Assembly: GCA_030610155.1 (NCBI GenBank)
Contig: JAUWSG010000002.1
Span: 1-62,603, forward strand
Length of the DNA: 62,603 nucleotides
DNA from: Gammaproteobacteria bacterium
GTDB taxonomy: Bacteria; Pseudomonadota; Gammaproteobacteria; SG8-11
Direction of reading: 5' to 3'
Position 1 is the stretch's first letter. Each line of letters begins with the position of its first letter. The notes under the pieces were generated by a model that saw only the letters and a list, made by a program, of their open reading frames with translations, had not been told where the DNA came from and made no database searches. The position numbers were made by a program, and so were the translations under genes. Positions 36,842-46,276 of this stretch are shown here, piece by piece.

Positions 36842-37977
36842 CCTGCGGATACCTCCTGCAGCACGTTAATTCTTTGTATAACATCGTTGACTTTAAATGT
36901 GACAGCCTGTCTTTTAACCAGCTGCAGCGCAGCACGATAGTATTTAAGCGCCACCTCCCTTTGTTCAAGCTGGTCCAGACTCACCGCCAGGTTATAGGCA
37001 AGATCAGCATTTCGGCTGTCGGAACTATACGCCCTGAAAAAGGCCTCCTGGGCCTCAGCCCAACGCTGCTGTGACGCATACAAACTGCCTAGCGTGAATA
37101 ATAAATACGGCGAGCCCGGGTTAAGATCCAGCAGTAATTTTACTTGTGTTTCACTTCTGCCAGGATCAACGTTAGTTTGAATATTTAACAATCCGGACAT
37201 CGCCACACTGTCCTGCGGATTATTATCAAGTATTGCCAGATAGGTATCACGTGCCTTTTCATACTGTACATTTCTGACTGAAATTGCCGCCAGACCCAAC
37301 ATCGCATCACGGTTATTTTTTTCCTGCTGTAATACCTTACTGTAAACAGAAATGGCTTCATTATCATGGCCCAACTGATACGCTGCGTATGCCTGTAATA
37401 ACAGCTGGTAAACCGTGTCCGGTGCTGACTGATGCTCTATCTTGATTGAGGTAGAATTAAAGCCAGATATATCAGGGGTTTTCTGCGGCAACTTGGCTCT
37501 TGTCGTCGCCTTTATTGTTGATGTTATTTTCTTCTCAACCGCCACCTGTTTTTTCTCTGGACTTGCCATCTGGTCTTGTTGCTCAACACCTACCCGGGGC
37601 ACAGTCATATCTTTTAGTGATAATTGCTTTTGTTGTGCGACAGGAGAAACAACCGCAAACATATCGATCGGTAGCGAATTCAATATGGATTGATAATAGG
37701 CATAACCGGCGACAAGAAAGAGAAAAAACACGCACGAAGCAATTGTAATAAAATATTTTATATGTTGTGGCAACGTGTTTTTTGATATTTTCGCAACAAA
37801 CACATTTTTTTCTGACTTATTTGACCCTGCTTCTCTCGTCTCTTCGAACAAGCACGACGATGCGCCCTGATCAAGGCTCGAAAGTAATTCCAGCGACATA
37901 TCAGCCTGACCGGTAGATGCAAGCATATGCGGCTTTGCTCTTTCGGCCTTTTTAAGCGCATCCATCAACATACTCAT
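36838..37977 (-). CDS. mshN: TPR-repeat pilus biogenesis protein (MshN-like)
   Basis: 379 aa. N-terminal region, one TM, then several TPR units (...AISVYSKVLQQEKNNRDAMLGLA...). Confidence 0.7.
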   Translation of the reverse strand: MSMLMDALKKAERAKPHMLASTGQADMSLELLSSLDQGASSCLFEETREAGSNKSEKNVFVAKISKNTLPQHIKYFITIASCVFFLFLVAGYAYYQSILNSLPIDMFAVVSPVAQQKQLSLKDMTVPRVGVEQQDQMASPEKKQVAVEKKITSTIKATTRAKLPQKTPDISGFNSTSIKIEHQSAPDTVYQLLLQAYAAYQLGHDNEAISVYSKVLQQEKNNRDAMLGLAAISVRNVQYEKARDTYLAILDNNPQDSVAMSGLLNIQTNVDPGRSETQVKLLLDLNPGSPYLLFTLGSLYASQQRWAEAQEAFFRAYSSDSRNADLAYNLAVSLDQLEQREVALKYYRAALQLVKRQAVTFKVNDVIQRINVLQEVSAG

Positions 37978-37988
37978 ACTGATACCTT

Positions 37989-39683
37989 CTAATTTATATC
38001 GTTGCCAACAACATTTTGCTGCCGCACAAGACCAATAGTTGTGGGCTCTTCCAACTCAGGCAAATATTGCCTGAACCTCTTGAAATCACCTTCAAGACTA
38101 CCGTTATGAATAACCGATGGACGTAGAAAAATCACCAGTTCAGTTTTAATGTATTCTTCATCACGGGAAGTAAACAGATTTCCGACAACAGGCAAGTCCG
38201 AGAAAAATGGCACAGCTTGCGTGCCTTCCTTTTTAAAATTCTGCATCAAACCACCCAGGACAACTGTTTGACCGCTATTAACTTGCAACAAGGATTCCAT
38301 CTCGCGCACCTGGATTTCCGGAATCAGATTATCAAAATCTGCGCCAGCCAGGCGTGGTGCGGGGTCAGCTTTATATCCGGTAATTCGCGATATGGTCGGA
38401 CGAATATTCATGGTAACGATATCATTCCCGGTAATTTGCGGTATAACATTCATCACCAGTCCTACCGGGATGGTATGAATTTCACTGGTAAAGGATTCAC
38501 GAGAGGGCGACGTCGTGGTTGCATCAACAAAGTCTCTTTGAATGGTAAAATAAACAGTTTCATCAACAACTTTCAACAATGCGGGTTGATTATTAATCGC
38601 CATGATCTTGGGACTGGACAACACCTTTACATCACCAAACGTCTCCAGTAATTTTACCGCGGCAAAAATATTTTTATCGGCATTGTTATAGGTAACGCTA
38701 AATATCGGCGACAAATCAAAATTACCATCTGTCATCAGAGACCTGAATGACGGCCCATTTTTACCATGACCATCATTATCAGAAAGCCTTTGCCAGTCTA
38801 CGCCCGCCTGATAATGGTCATTAAGCCTCACCTCAACAATAGTGACCTCAATCAGGACCTGGCGGTGCACATTTGCAAGCACTTTATCCAGAAAAGTTTG
38901 TATTCTTGCATGTTCATGCTCTGTGGCCAGCACACTAACAATACCGCCCATCGGGTTAACCACAACCCGATTATCACTTTCCTTGTTTTGCTTCGCTTCT
39001 TTGAGCAACATTTGAATATTTTCAGATATTGTTTTCCAGAAGTTATTTTCCGATTCATTTACAAGCGTGGTTTTTGAATTGTTCCCTGCTTGATTTCCAC
39101 TGCCTGAACCACTGCTCTCGATACTTCCACCGGTAGTTGATATTTCTGCAGCAACACTGACTTCACTCTTGCTGGAACGCACCATGTTCACATAATCAAC
39201 CTCATAGGTACGCACATAGGGAATATCCGGCGATATCACCAGGTTCGGACCATCCATCCTGAATCGCAGATCAACCTGATCTGCGAGCCGATCCAATATC
39301 TGTGGCAATGTCTGGTTAAGCGCATTAAGTGTCGCTTTACCTTTTATGCCTGGATGAATATCAACGTTTAACTTCGCATCACGCGCCAAAGCAAATAACA
39401 AATCCTTTACGGGCACATCATTAACCACCACGGTATAGGTTTCCTGTTTCGGGACTGGTTTGGGCGAAGGCAAAAAAGGTGTTTTTGCAATTACCTGTGG
39501 AATTTCACCATTAGAATTATTATCTGTCTTTAAATGGCCGGCTGACATTCTGGGTGGATTTGTTGCACTGCAAGCAAAAAGAAACAAAATAAAAAATACA
39601 AACAGGCAGAACGTTCCAACACCAATACTGGAACCAAAAGGACGACTTATATTTCTCTTTAACAAAATGTTATTCATAGTCAA
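37989..39683 (-). CDS. mshL: Lipoprotein secretin (GspD/PilQ superfamily, MshL-like)
   Basis: 564 aa. Lipobox LFLFAC|S. C-terminal secretin domain (...VVLGGLMQN...VPFFSDLPVVGNLF...). Confidence 0.9.
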   Translation of the reverse strand: MTMNNILLKRNISRPFGSSIGVGTFCLFVFFILFLFACSATNPPRMSAGHLKTDNNSNGEIPQVIAKTPFLPSPKPVPKQETYTVVVNDVPVKDLLFALARDAKLNVDIHPGIKGKATLNALNQTLPQILDRLADQVDLRFRMDGPNLVISPDIPYVRTYEVDYVNMVRSSKSEVSVAAEISTTGGSIESSGSGSGNQAGNNSKTTLVNESENNFWKTISENIQMLLKEAKQNKESDNRVVVNPMGGIVSVLATEHEHARIQTFLDKVLANVHRQVLIEVTIVEVRLNDHYQAGVDWQRLSDNDGHGKNGPSFRSLMTDGNFDLSPIFSVTYNNADKNIFAAVKLLETFGDVKVLSSPKIMAINNQPALLKVVDETVYFTIQRDFVDATTTSPSRESFTSEIHTIPVGLVMNVIPQITGNDIVTMNIRPTISRITGYKADPAPRLAGADFDNLIPEIQVREMESLLQVNSGQTVVLGGLMQNFKKEGTQAVPFFSDLPVVGNLFTSRDEEYIKTELVIFLRPSVIHNGSLEGDFKRFRQYLPELEEPTTIGLVRQQNVVGNDIN

Positions 39684-40284
39684 AAGTATATTGATGCGTG
39701 CTCACTCGCGGCTTACGCTGCTTTAGAAAATATCAAACTCCACAACGTCATCTCGAAGCTGGCAAAACGGCTCAAAATAAATGTATTGTCTTTGAGTCCA
39801 GGCGGCACAGGGTGGATTCGCCAACCATTAACGCAGCGCATCCGTCGCCCAATGGCCTTCATTTGATACATCTGCGGTTTCTCGACGGTGCCCCAACACC
39901 TTGTTTTTTAAAGAAACCTTCTCGGTTTTAAAATCGGCATGCGCCTGTAATACTTGAGTGTGTATTGGTCGTTGTTAGTCACCATCAGACTATGCCGGGC
40001 GAGCATAACCATTTTTTAAATAATGTTTTTTGACGCCAAATGTCTGAATGAACCTTATTTGACTTCAACGGGCAAAAAATCAATTGAAGCGAGCACGCAC
40101 GAGCGTCTGAGCTGAACGAGTACTACAGGAATATTATCATTAAAAACAATAAGATAAGCTGGTTATAACATGAAGGGGGCATTATTTTGGCAATAAAACA
40201 AACCTGGCCATCGTCACGCTTCACCTTTATGAAAGATGCATACTGGCGCGGGAGGGGAAGCTGAATCGAGAATAAAATTGTATT

Positions 40285-41229
40285 TTAGTTGTCGTGCGGC
40301 CTGAGTGACCCGACTAACTGCGAAATTTCGGACATTTTATGGCGGTTCAAATACTCAACCAGGCCAGCATTCACTTTTTGACAAACCAGCGGATCATAAA
40401 ACAGGGCCGTGCCGATCCCTATCGCACTGGCGCCGGCAATCATAAATTCCAAAGCGTCATTTGCCGTGACAATCCCGCCCTGGCCAATAATCGGAATATT
40501 GTGTTTGCGGCAAACCTGATAAACCTGATGAACCTTTAACAAAGCAACAGGTTTAATCGCCGGACCCGACAAGCCACCCTGGGTATTTCCCAAAATCGCA
40601 GTACGTTCATCAACATCGATGGCCATTCCCATCAAGGTATTGATCACTGCAAAAGCGTCACTACCTGCATCAATACAACGCTGCGCATTTTCTGCAATGT
40701 TGGTCTGGTTTGGCGAAAGTTTTGTTATCAGCGGTTTTTCAGTAACACTACGACAGGCTTCGACGACACGGGCAGACATGGCCGGATCGTTACCAAAAAC
40801 AACGCCTCCCTCTTTTACATTGGGGCACGAGATATTAATTTCGATAGCATCAATGGGTGAGTCATCAAAAATTTCCGTCACCTGACGATACTCTTCGATG
40901 GTCGAACCCGACACATTGGCTATAAAACGTGTCTCGCTAAAATCCAGCGTGGGGAGAATATTGTCAACCACATGCCTGGATCCCGGATTCTGCAAGCCAA
41001 TCGAATTCAACATGCCCGCAGGGGTTTCATACACCCGATGAGGTGCATTACCCAGACGTTTTTCCAGTGTCGTGCCTTTAAGACAAACCGCACCCACATC
41101 CCGGTTGGAGAAACCATTGACGCGGGTATATTCCTCACCAAAACCAACACAACCGGACAATAACACCAGCGGTGTATTAAACTGCATACCACAGAAATCA
41201 GTTTTTAGTTTTTGCTGGTCTCTCATCAT
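40285..41229 (-). CDS. pyrD: Class 1 dihydroorotate dehydrogenase-like flavoprotein (PyrD 1B/PreA-like catalytic subunit)
   Basis: 314 aa. NSIGLQNPG, IEINISCPN (active-site Cys), GGLSGPAIKP and IGQGGI blocks of class 1 DHODH. Confidence 0.8.
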   Translation of the reverse strand: MMRDQQKLKTDFCGMQFNTPLVLLSGCVGFGEEYTRVNGFSNRDVGAVCLKGTTLEKRLGNAPHRVYETPAGMLNSIGLQNPGSRHVVDNILPTLDFSETRFIANVSGSTIEEYRQVTEIFDDSPIDAIEINISCPNVKEGGVVFGNDPAMSARVVEACRSVTEKPLITKLSPNQTNIAENAQRCIDAGSDAFAVINTLMGMAIDVDERTAILGNTQGGLSGPAIKPVALLKVHQVYQVCRKHNIPIIGQGGIVTANDALEFMIAGASAIGIGTALFYDPLVCQKVNAGLVEYLNRHKMSEISQLVGSLRPHDN

Positions 41230-41278
41230 TTGTTTATCGTAACATTTTGCAGGGGTTGCGACTATTTCGAGAAGTGAT

Positions 41279-41308
41279 ATTTACCGCAAAGACGCAAAGA
41301 ACGCAAAA
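41279..41308. repeat. Solo arm of the cgcaaag repeat family
   Basis: atttaccgcaaagacgcaaagaacgcaaaa resembles the left arm at 22659-22688. No partner arm is seen nearby. Confidence 0.6.
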
Positions 41309-41693
41309 TTTTTATATTTTTAATTTAAAGCAAGGATGATGGGTTTACAAAACGTTTCAAAAGCGGGTGTCTATCAGGATATATTAATTGCACCGTGCCG
41401 GGAATGTGCATTGGAAAAGCATGGAATATTATTGCTATCACACACTTTCAGTAATAAAAGGCTAAAATCTATCCCCGGTCAATACTGGCTAATCAAGACG
41501 GTCAACACAAATTAGTGGCGTTTACGCGTTGAGGCGTCGTCGTTTATACCCGCTCACCGCCAATTAGTCACCAGGCTTATCGACCGTTAGCTCTACAGGT
41601 GGCGCTTTTACGCAGCGAAAAGCAATTAAGTATTGTTTTACAGGGACGATATATCTATAAATACAGCAGGTTATAGCAATCACGGAGCATATT

Positions 41694-43196
41694 TTGCCGG
41701 CTTTTAGTAAATTCTTATTCCCTTTGATGCTTTTATGGTGCGTGGCGCAAGCGGCGCAGGCGGCCTATATCGAGCGTACCATCACTGTTGACGGTGATAT
41801 GAGTGATTGGTATGACCCCGGCGGTATTTATATCCCCCCTGGAGATATCACCAATAATCCCGGGCAGTTCAGCACTGATGCCGAGGACGGATCAGGCAAT
41901 GATCTTGATGAACCCATCGCCAATACCGGCAGAGATTTACGCAAGTTTTCATTTACCTGGGATAACACCTATGTCTATTTTTATGTTGAGCGCTGGGCTT
42001 CCAGCACCAACGTGACAGATTGGTGGTTTTATATCGATTCCAACGCGGATGGCTTGCTGCAAACCGACGAAAAGGTCTTGCGTATTAAATGGCAAGGGGC
42101 GAACCGCAATACTGTCGCGGAATTATGGGATTATGTTGAGAGTACAGCTGGCGGTGACCCGTTAACAAATGCAGGAGTGGGTGATGGTTATACCATGCCT
42201 GGCGACATAGCCAATGATACGCAGATTTATTCAACTGTGGGCGGCGCGACGACAGGCACGGAAATGGAGTCACGCGTCACCTGGGTAAGCCTGGGGTTTA
42301 CCGGGCCAGTAAATCTGGGATTTCATATTTCCTCATCAAATGGCGCCAATCTGCCAAATAATATACTTGATAATATGGATGGTCCTGCAGGCGGGCAATT
42401 GTTCCCCAAGGACCTGCAGGTTTCAAAGACGGCCTCAGTCGTCACCGCACTCGGCAATCAACCCTTCAGCTATACCGTGACGGTCTATAATGCGGCGATT
42501 ATTGCTTTTACCAATGCAGTCATTTCTGACGTTTTACCCGCGCAAGTAACCTATGTGAGCCATACTGCCGAAACAGGCACGACGTTTGATGATTCAGATA
42601 GCAACAGCATCCCCGATCAATGGAACATTCCGACTATCCCGGCGAACAGCACCTACACGTTAACTATTAATGTTAAGGCGGGTATCGTTCCCGTCACCAT
42701 GACCGCGACGAACACGGCCACACTAACAGCATCAGATCAAACTGATGAAAATGCCACAAATGATAGCGCCAGTGTTGACGTTGATATTGAGCCAGTGCCG
42801 GTATTAACCATGGTGAAATACGCCTCTTCACCAACAGCGAATCCCGGGGCAAATATTGGTTACACCATCCAGATAACAAATACCGGGGGTGTTGCGGCTT
42901 TTGCGGTGGTTGTTACAGACGCATTAAGCCCGTTTTCGATGTTGAGAATCGATACCTATGGAGCATCTACACCCTTTCAGTTAACAGAAGGGGTACCCGT
43001 ATCAGGCGTTACTCTTGGAACCATCACTTATTCAAATGACAACGGTACAACCTATACCTATACGCCCGTTTCCGGAAATGGCGGCGCACCGGCAGGTTAT
43101 GATGCCAACGTGACTAACTGGAATATCGATATGACGGGAACGATGAACCCGAACGGCGGAAAATTTGATGTCCAATATCAGGTACAGTTGCGTTAA
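41694..43196 (+). CDS. Secreted DUF11 (conserved repeat domain) protein, probable surface/adhesin-like
   Basis: 500 aa with a TTG start and a signal peptide (...CVAQAAQA). Two DUF11-like units (...KTASVVTALGNQPFSYTVTVYN...ISDVLPAQVTYVS... and ...VKYASSPTANPGANIGYTIQITNTG...VTDAL...). Confidence 0.7.
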   Translation: MPAFSKFLFPLMLLWCVAQAAQAAYIERTITVDGDMSDWYDPGGIYIPPGDITNNPGQFSTDAEDGSGNDLDEPIANTGRDLRKFSFTWDNTYVYFYVERWASSTNVTDWWFYIDSNADGLLQTDEKVLRIKWQGANRNTVAELWDYVESTAGGDPLTNAGVGDGYTMPGDIANDTQIYSTVGGATTGTEMESRVTWVSLGFTGPVNLGFHISSSNGANLPNNILDNMDGPAGGQLFPKDLQVSKTASVVTALGNQPFSYTVTVYNAAIIAFTNAVISDVLPAQVTYVSHTAETGTTFDDSDSNSIPDQWNIPTIPANSTYTLTINVKAGIVPVTMTATNTATLTASDQTDENATNDSASVDVDIEPVPVLTMVKYASSPTANPGANIGYTIQITNTGGVAAFAVVVTDALSPFSMLRIDTYGASTPFQLTEGVPVSGVTLGTITYSNDNGTTYTYTPVSGNGGAPAGYDANVTNWNIDMTGTMNPNGGKFDVQYQVQLR

Positions 43197-43347
43197 CCAG
43201 GCAACTTATTGAAGTACCCGCTCCATTGTTGAACCTTCCGGGCAAAGAACGGTTGTTTATAGTAAAGTGATGCAGGTACGCCAGTAGTAACAGAATCCTT
43301 GCAGCCTTTACGACAAAACAACAATCCATCATCAGGCCACAGAACGC

Positions 43348-43815
43348 ATGTTCCACATTGCATTATACGAACCCGAGATACCCCCCAATACCGGCAATAT
43401 TATACGCCTGTGTGCCAATACGGGCGCTGATTTACATATCATACACCCCGCAGCATTCACGCTGGACGATAAAAAACTCAGACGCGCCGGTCTGGATTAT
43501 CGTGAGTTTGCGAACATAAATGAACACAGGAATTTTGAAGACTTCATCACGACAGTCAATCCAACCCGGTTGTTTGCCTTATCTACAAAAGGACAAAAAA
43601 ATTATTCGGAAATTAATTTTGTAGCAGGGGATGCATTCCTGTTTGGACCCGAGACACGCGGCTTACCTGACAGCATTCTCGAAACTCTCCCAACGGATAA
43701 GGTATTGCGCATACCGATGCTGGCAGACAGCCGTAGCCTCAACCTGTCGAACACTGCCGCGCTGGTGATATACGAAGCCTGGCGACAACAAAACTTCAAG
43801 GGCTCTGGAGCGTAA
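43348..43815 (+). CDS. trmL: tRNA (cytidine/uridine-34 2'-O)-methyltransferase TrmL (SpoU family)
   Basis: [26 protein letters not shown]... and ...[18 protein letters not shown] match YibK/TrmL. Confidence 0.9.
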   Translation: MFHIALYEPEIPPNTGNIIRLCANTGADLHIIHPAAFTLDDKKLRRAGLDYREFANINEHRNFEDFITTVNPTRLFALSTKGQKNYSEINFVAGDAFLFGPETRGLPDSILETLPTDKVLRIPMLADSRSLNLSNTAALVIYEAWRQQNFKGSGA

Positions 43816-43826
43816 AGAATACCTTT

Positions 43827-43874
43827 AAAGATTAAAAGCGGTGTTTACCACGGAGGTCACGGAGAAAAGATTTT
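43827..43874. repeat. Solo copy of the cacggag-family repeat module
   Basis: aaagattaaaagcggtgtttaccacggaggtcacggagaaaagatttt differs at a single position over 48 nt from the reverse complement of 52700-52747. Confidence 0.85.
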
Positions 43875-43879
43875 TTGTT

Positions 43880-44893
43880 TTAGCTTATCTCTGGTTTCTG
43901 CTCTCGCTCGAGCAAGGCATGCACAGCTTCTTTAGGTGGGCAATTTTCGTAGAGCACGCGGTACACTTGCTCAACGATCGCCATTTCAACACCAAAACTT
44001 TGCGCCAACTCAAACACTTCACGGGTTGTTTGCACACCTTCAACAACCTGATCAATTCCGGCCAGAGCTTCTTCCAGGGTTTTTCCGCTGCCAATAGCAA
44101 GCCCCAGACGACGATTACGTGACTGATCATCAGTACAGGTCAGGACCAGATCACCCAACCCGGCCAGCCCCATAAATGTACCACGCTGACACTCTAATAC
44201 CTGACCCAGAGGAATCATCTCTGCCAGACCACGCGTAACCACCGCCGCCCGGGTATTCGCACCAAAACCAAGACCATCTGCAATGCCTGTCGCGATGGCC
44301 AACACATTTTTTATTGCACCGCCTAACTGCACTCCAATAACATCCGCACTGATATACGCGCGAAATGTTTTGTTGTGCAAACATGCCGCAAGGAATTTTG
44401 CATACTCTTGTGAATTTGATGCTACCGTCAACGCAGTCGGTAAACCGCGCGCCACTTCCATCGCAAAGGTCGGGCCCGAAATAACAGCGCTGGCTTGCAG
44501 CCCGGGTAAGACTTCATTTACAACCTCATGCATCAGCTTATTACTGCCTTGCTCCAGGCCTTTTGTCGCCCACACTAAACGACTGTTTTGCGGAATAATC
44601 GGCTTGATAGTCTCCAGTATCGAACGAAAACCACTGCTCGGCACCACAACAAGGATTTCACACGCATCCGTTAACAGCTCTGTTAAATCACTGCTTATGT
44701 GGATTGACTCAGGCAGGTCTATTCCGGGTAAATATCTATCATTTGTACGGAAGGTTGCAAGGGAATGGGCAAACTCTTCATTTCTCGTCCAGAGGGAAAC
44801 CTGGTGGCCGTTTTTTGCTAACAAAATCGCTAATGCAGTACCCCAGGAACCGGCGCCAAGCACAACAAATTTTGATTTTTTCTTATCTGTCAT
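43880..44893 (-). CDS. gpsA: NAD(P)H-dependent glycerol-3-phosphate dehydrogenase
   Basis: VLGAGSWGTALA dinucleotide fold, in secB-gpsA synteny. ATG at 44893 is preferred over the ORF-track TTG at 44908. Confidence 0.92.
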   Translation of the reverse strand: MTDKKKSKFVVLGAGSWGTALAILLAKNGHQVSLWTRNEEFAHSLATFRTNDRYLPGIDLPESIHISSDLTELLTDACEILVVVPSSGFRSILETIKPIIPQNSRLVWATKGLEQGSNKLMHEVVNEVLPGLQASAVISGPTFAMEVARGLPTALTVASNSQEYAKFLAACLHNKTFRAYISADVIGVQLGGAIKNVLAIATGIADGLGFGANTRAAVVTRGLAEMIPLGQVLECQRGTFMGLAGLGDLVLTCTDDQSRNRRLGLAIGSGKTLEEALAGIDQVVEGVQTTREVFELAQSFGVEMAIVEQVYRVLYENCPPKEAVHALLEREQKPEIS

Positions 44894-44926
44894 AACCTGC
44901 CCGAACAAACCCGGTATACGCCATCA

Positions 44927-45433
44927 CTAGTGAACTGGATCCGGTTGTGGTTCCTTATTATTTTTTTGTTGCATGCTCTGCATATGCTGGGCATAAAGCG
45001 CATCAAAATTTACCGGAGACAGCAGCATGGGTGGAAAGCCACCTTTTGCAACTAATTCAGATACTGTCTCGCGCACATAAGGAAAAAGTATGTTTGGGCA
45101 ATAACTGCCTAACGCGTGAGATAGCTCCTCTTCATTTAATCCACGTATTGTGAAAATGCCAGCCTGTTGAGTTTCAACCAGGTATGCCGTCTTCTCGCCT
45201 ATCTTCGCCGACAATGTCGCCGTGAGAACAACTTCATGCGTGTCCGGGCCAATCCCTTTACCGGCTGTATTTATTTCCAGACTGATATTCGGCTCCCATT
45301 TCTCAGAGAAAATATCCGGTGTATTAGGCGTTTCAAATGACATGTCCTTGATATAGATTTTCTGGATCGCAAACTCCTGCTTTTGTTCCTCGCCTGTCGC
45401 GTCGACCGCCTTACTCTTCTGTTCTTCTGTCAT
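44927..45433 (-). CDS. secB: Protein-export chaperone SecB
   Basis: ...FAIQKIYIKDMSFETPNTP... is colinear with E. coli SecB. ATG at 45433 is preferred over the TTG at 45445. Confidence 0.9.
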   Translation of the reverse strand: MTEEQKSKAVDATGEEQKQEFAIQKIYIKDMSFETPNTPDIFSEKWEPNISLEINTAGKGIGPDTHEVVLTATLSAKIGEKTAYLVETQQAGIFTIRGLNEEELSHALGSYCPNILFPYVRETVSELVAKGGFPPMLLSPVNFDALYAQHMQSMQQKNNKEPQPDPVH

Positions 45434-45501
45434 TTTGAAATACAACTCCTGTTGTCAAATACTCTCATATCATCTTAAAATTTTTTAACTATCACCCAAC
45501 T

Positions 45502-45936
45502 TTACAAATGTTGACTGACCCACGCAGTCAGGTTCTGCAAATCCATTGCACCTGCAATGCGCGCAACTTCCTTACCCTGCCTGTACAATGCGATAGTGGG
45601 AATACTGCGTATCCCATATTGCGATGCAAGACCTTGCTCGGTTTCCGTATCAACTTTGGCAAGAATTACCTGCGGGTAAAGTTGCAATGCTGCCTGCTCA
45701 AAAACAGGCCCCATCATTTTACAAGGACCACACCACGGCGCCCAAAAGTCTACTAAAACTGGCAAATCATTGCGGCCAATAAATTTCTTAAAATCTACAC
45801 CTGTTAAATGAACGGGTGATTTACCTAATAATACAGATTGGCAACTACCGCACTTCCCATTGGCGCTCAGCCTTTCCCTGGGCAGTCGATTAACTTGCTT
45901 ACATCCCGGACATACAACATGAATAGAATCAGACAT
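45502..45936 (-). CDS. trxC: Thioredoxin 2 (TrxC type with N-terminal zinc finger)
   Basis: CPGC...CGSC zinc-finger pairs followed by the WCGPC active site. Confidence 0.9.
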   Translation of the reverse strand: MSDSIHVVCPGCKQVNRLPRERLSANGKCGSCQSVLLGKSPVHLTGVDFKKFIGRNDLPVLVDFWAPWCGPCKMMGPVFEQAALQLYPQVILAKVDTETEQGLASQYGIRSIPTIALYRQGKEVARIAGAMDLQNLTAWVSQHL

Positions 45937-45945
45937 CAGATCACT

Positions 45946-46242
45946 TCAATCTTTAACCAAACCTAACAGGGGATCCAGCTCCCCGTCCATATCCAGTTCC
46001 GCCATATCTTCGAAACCGCCAACATGTTTCCCATCGATAAAAATCTGTGGGACACTTGTTCTGCTACTACGATCTTCCATCTCTTCGCGCAAGTGTCGTT
46101 CCATATCAATATAAAACTCTGTGTACTCGACGCCTTTTTTATCAAGCAATTGTCGTGCAAGATGGCAATAAGGACATGTCCTTGTGCAATACACTTCAAC
46201 CTTGACTGCTTGCTCCATCGTTTTTTGCTCCGTCGCAATCAT
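45946..46242 (-). CDS. grxC: Glutaredoxin 3
   Basis: CPYC active site, TVPQIFI and GG.DD motifs. Lies in yibN-grxC-secB synteny. Confidence 0.9.
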   Translation of the reverse strand: MIATEQKTMEQAVKVEVYCTRTCPYCHLARQLLDKKGVEYTEFYIDMERHLREEMEDRSSRTSVPQIFIDGKHVGGFEDMAELDMDGELDPLLGLVKD

Positions 46243-46276
46243 TTTTCAACCTTCATCTATTTTATAATAGTTAAAT

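Noticed and set aside
39800-39900. Relic of a REP-associated tyrosine transposase (RAYT), suggested by ...GWRIHPVPPGL... resembling the YIH.NPV..GL motif
   Set aside because: The match is only about 5 residues, needs a gap, and no other RAYT motif (HUH, catalytic Tyr) is visible. Kept only as part of the leader-region finding.
41279-41320. c-di-GMP (GEMM-I) riboswitch upstream of the DUF11 adhesin-like gene, suggested by gacgcaaag
   Set aside because: The string is part of a threefold cgcaaag repeat arm. It lies about 400 nt from the DUF11 start, nearer the divergent pyrD-like gene. I could not find the flanking GGCAAA / GNRA-receptor helices of GEMM.
43841-44122. 93-aa ORF starting MFTTEVTEKRFF
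   Set aside because: It begins inside the cacggag repeat module and then runs antisense through gpsA, so it is an artefact.
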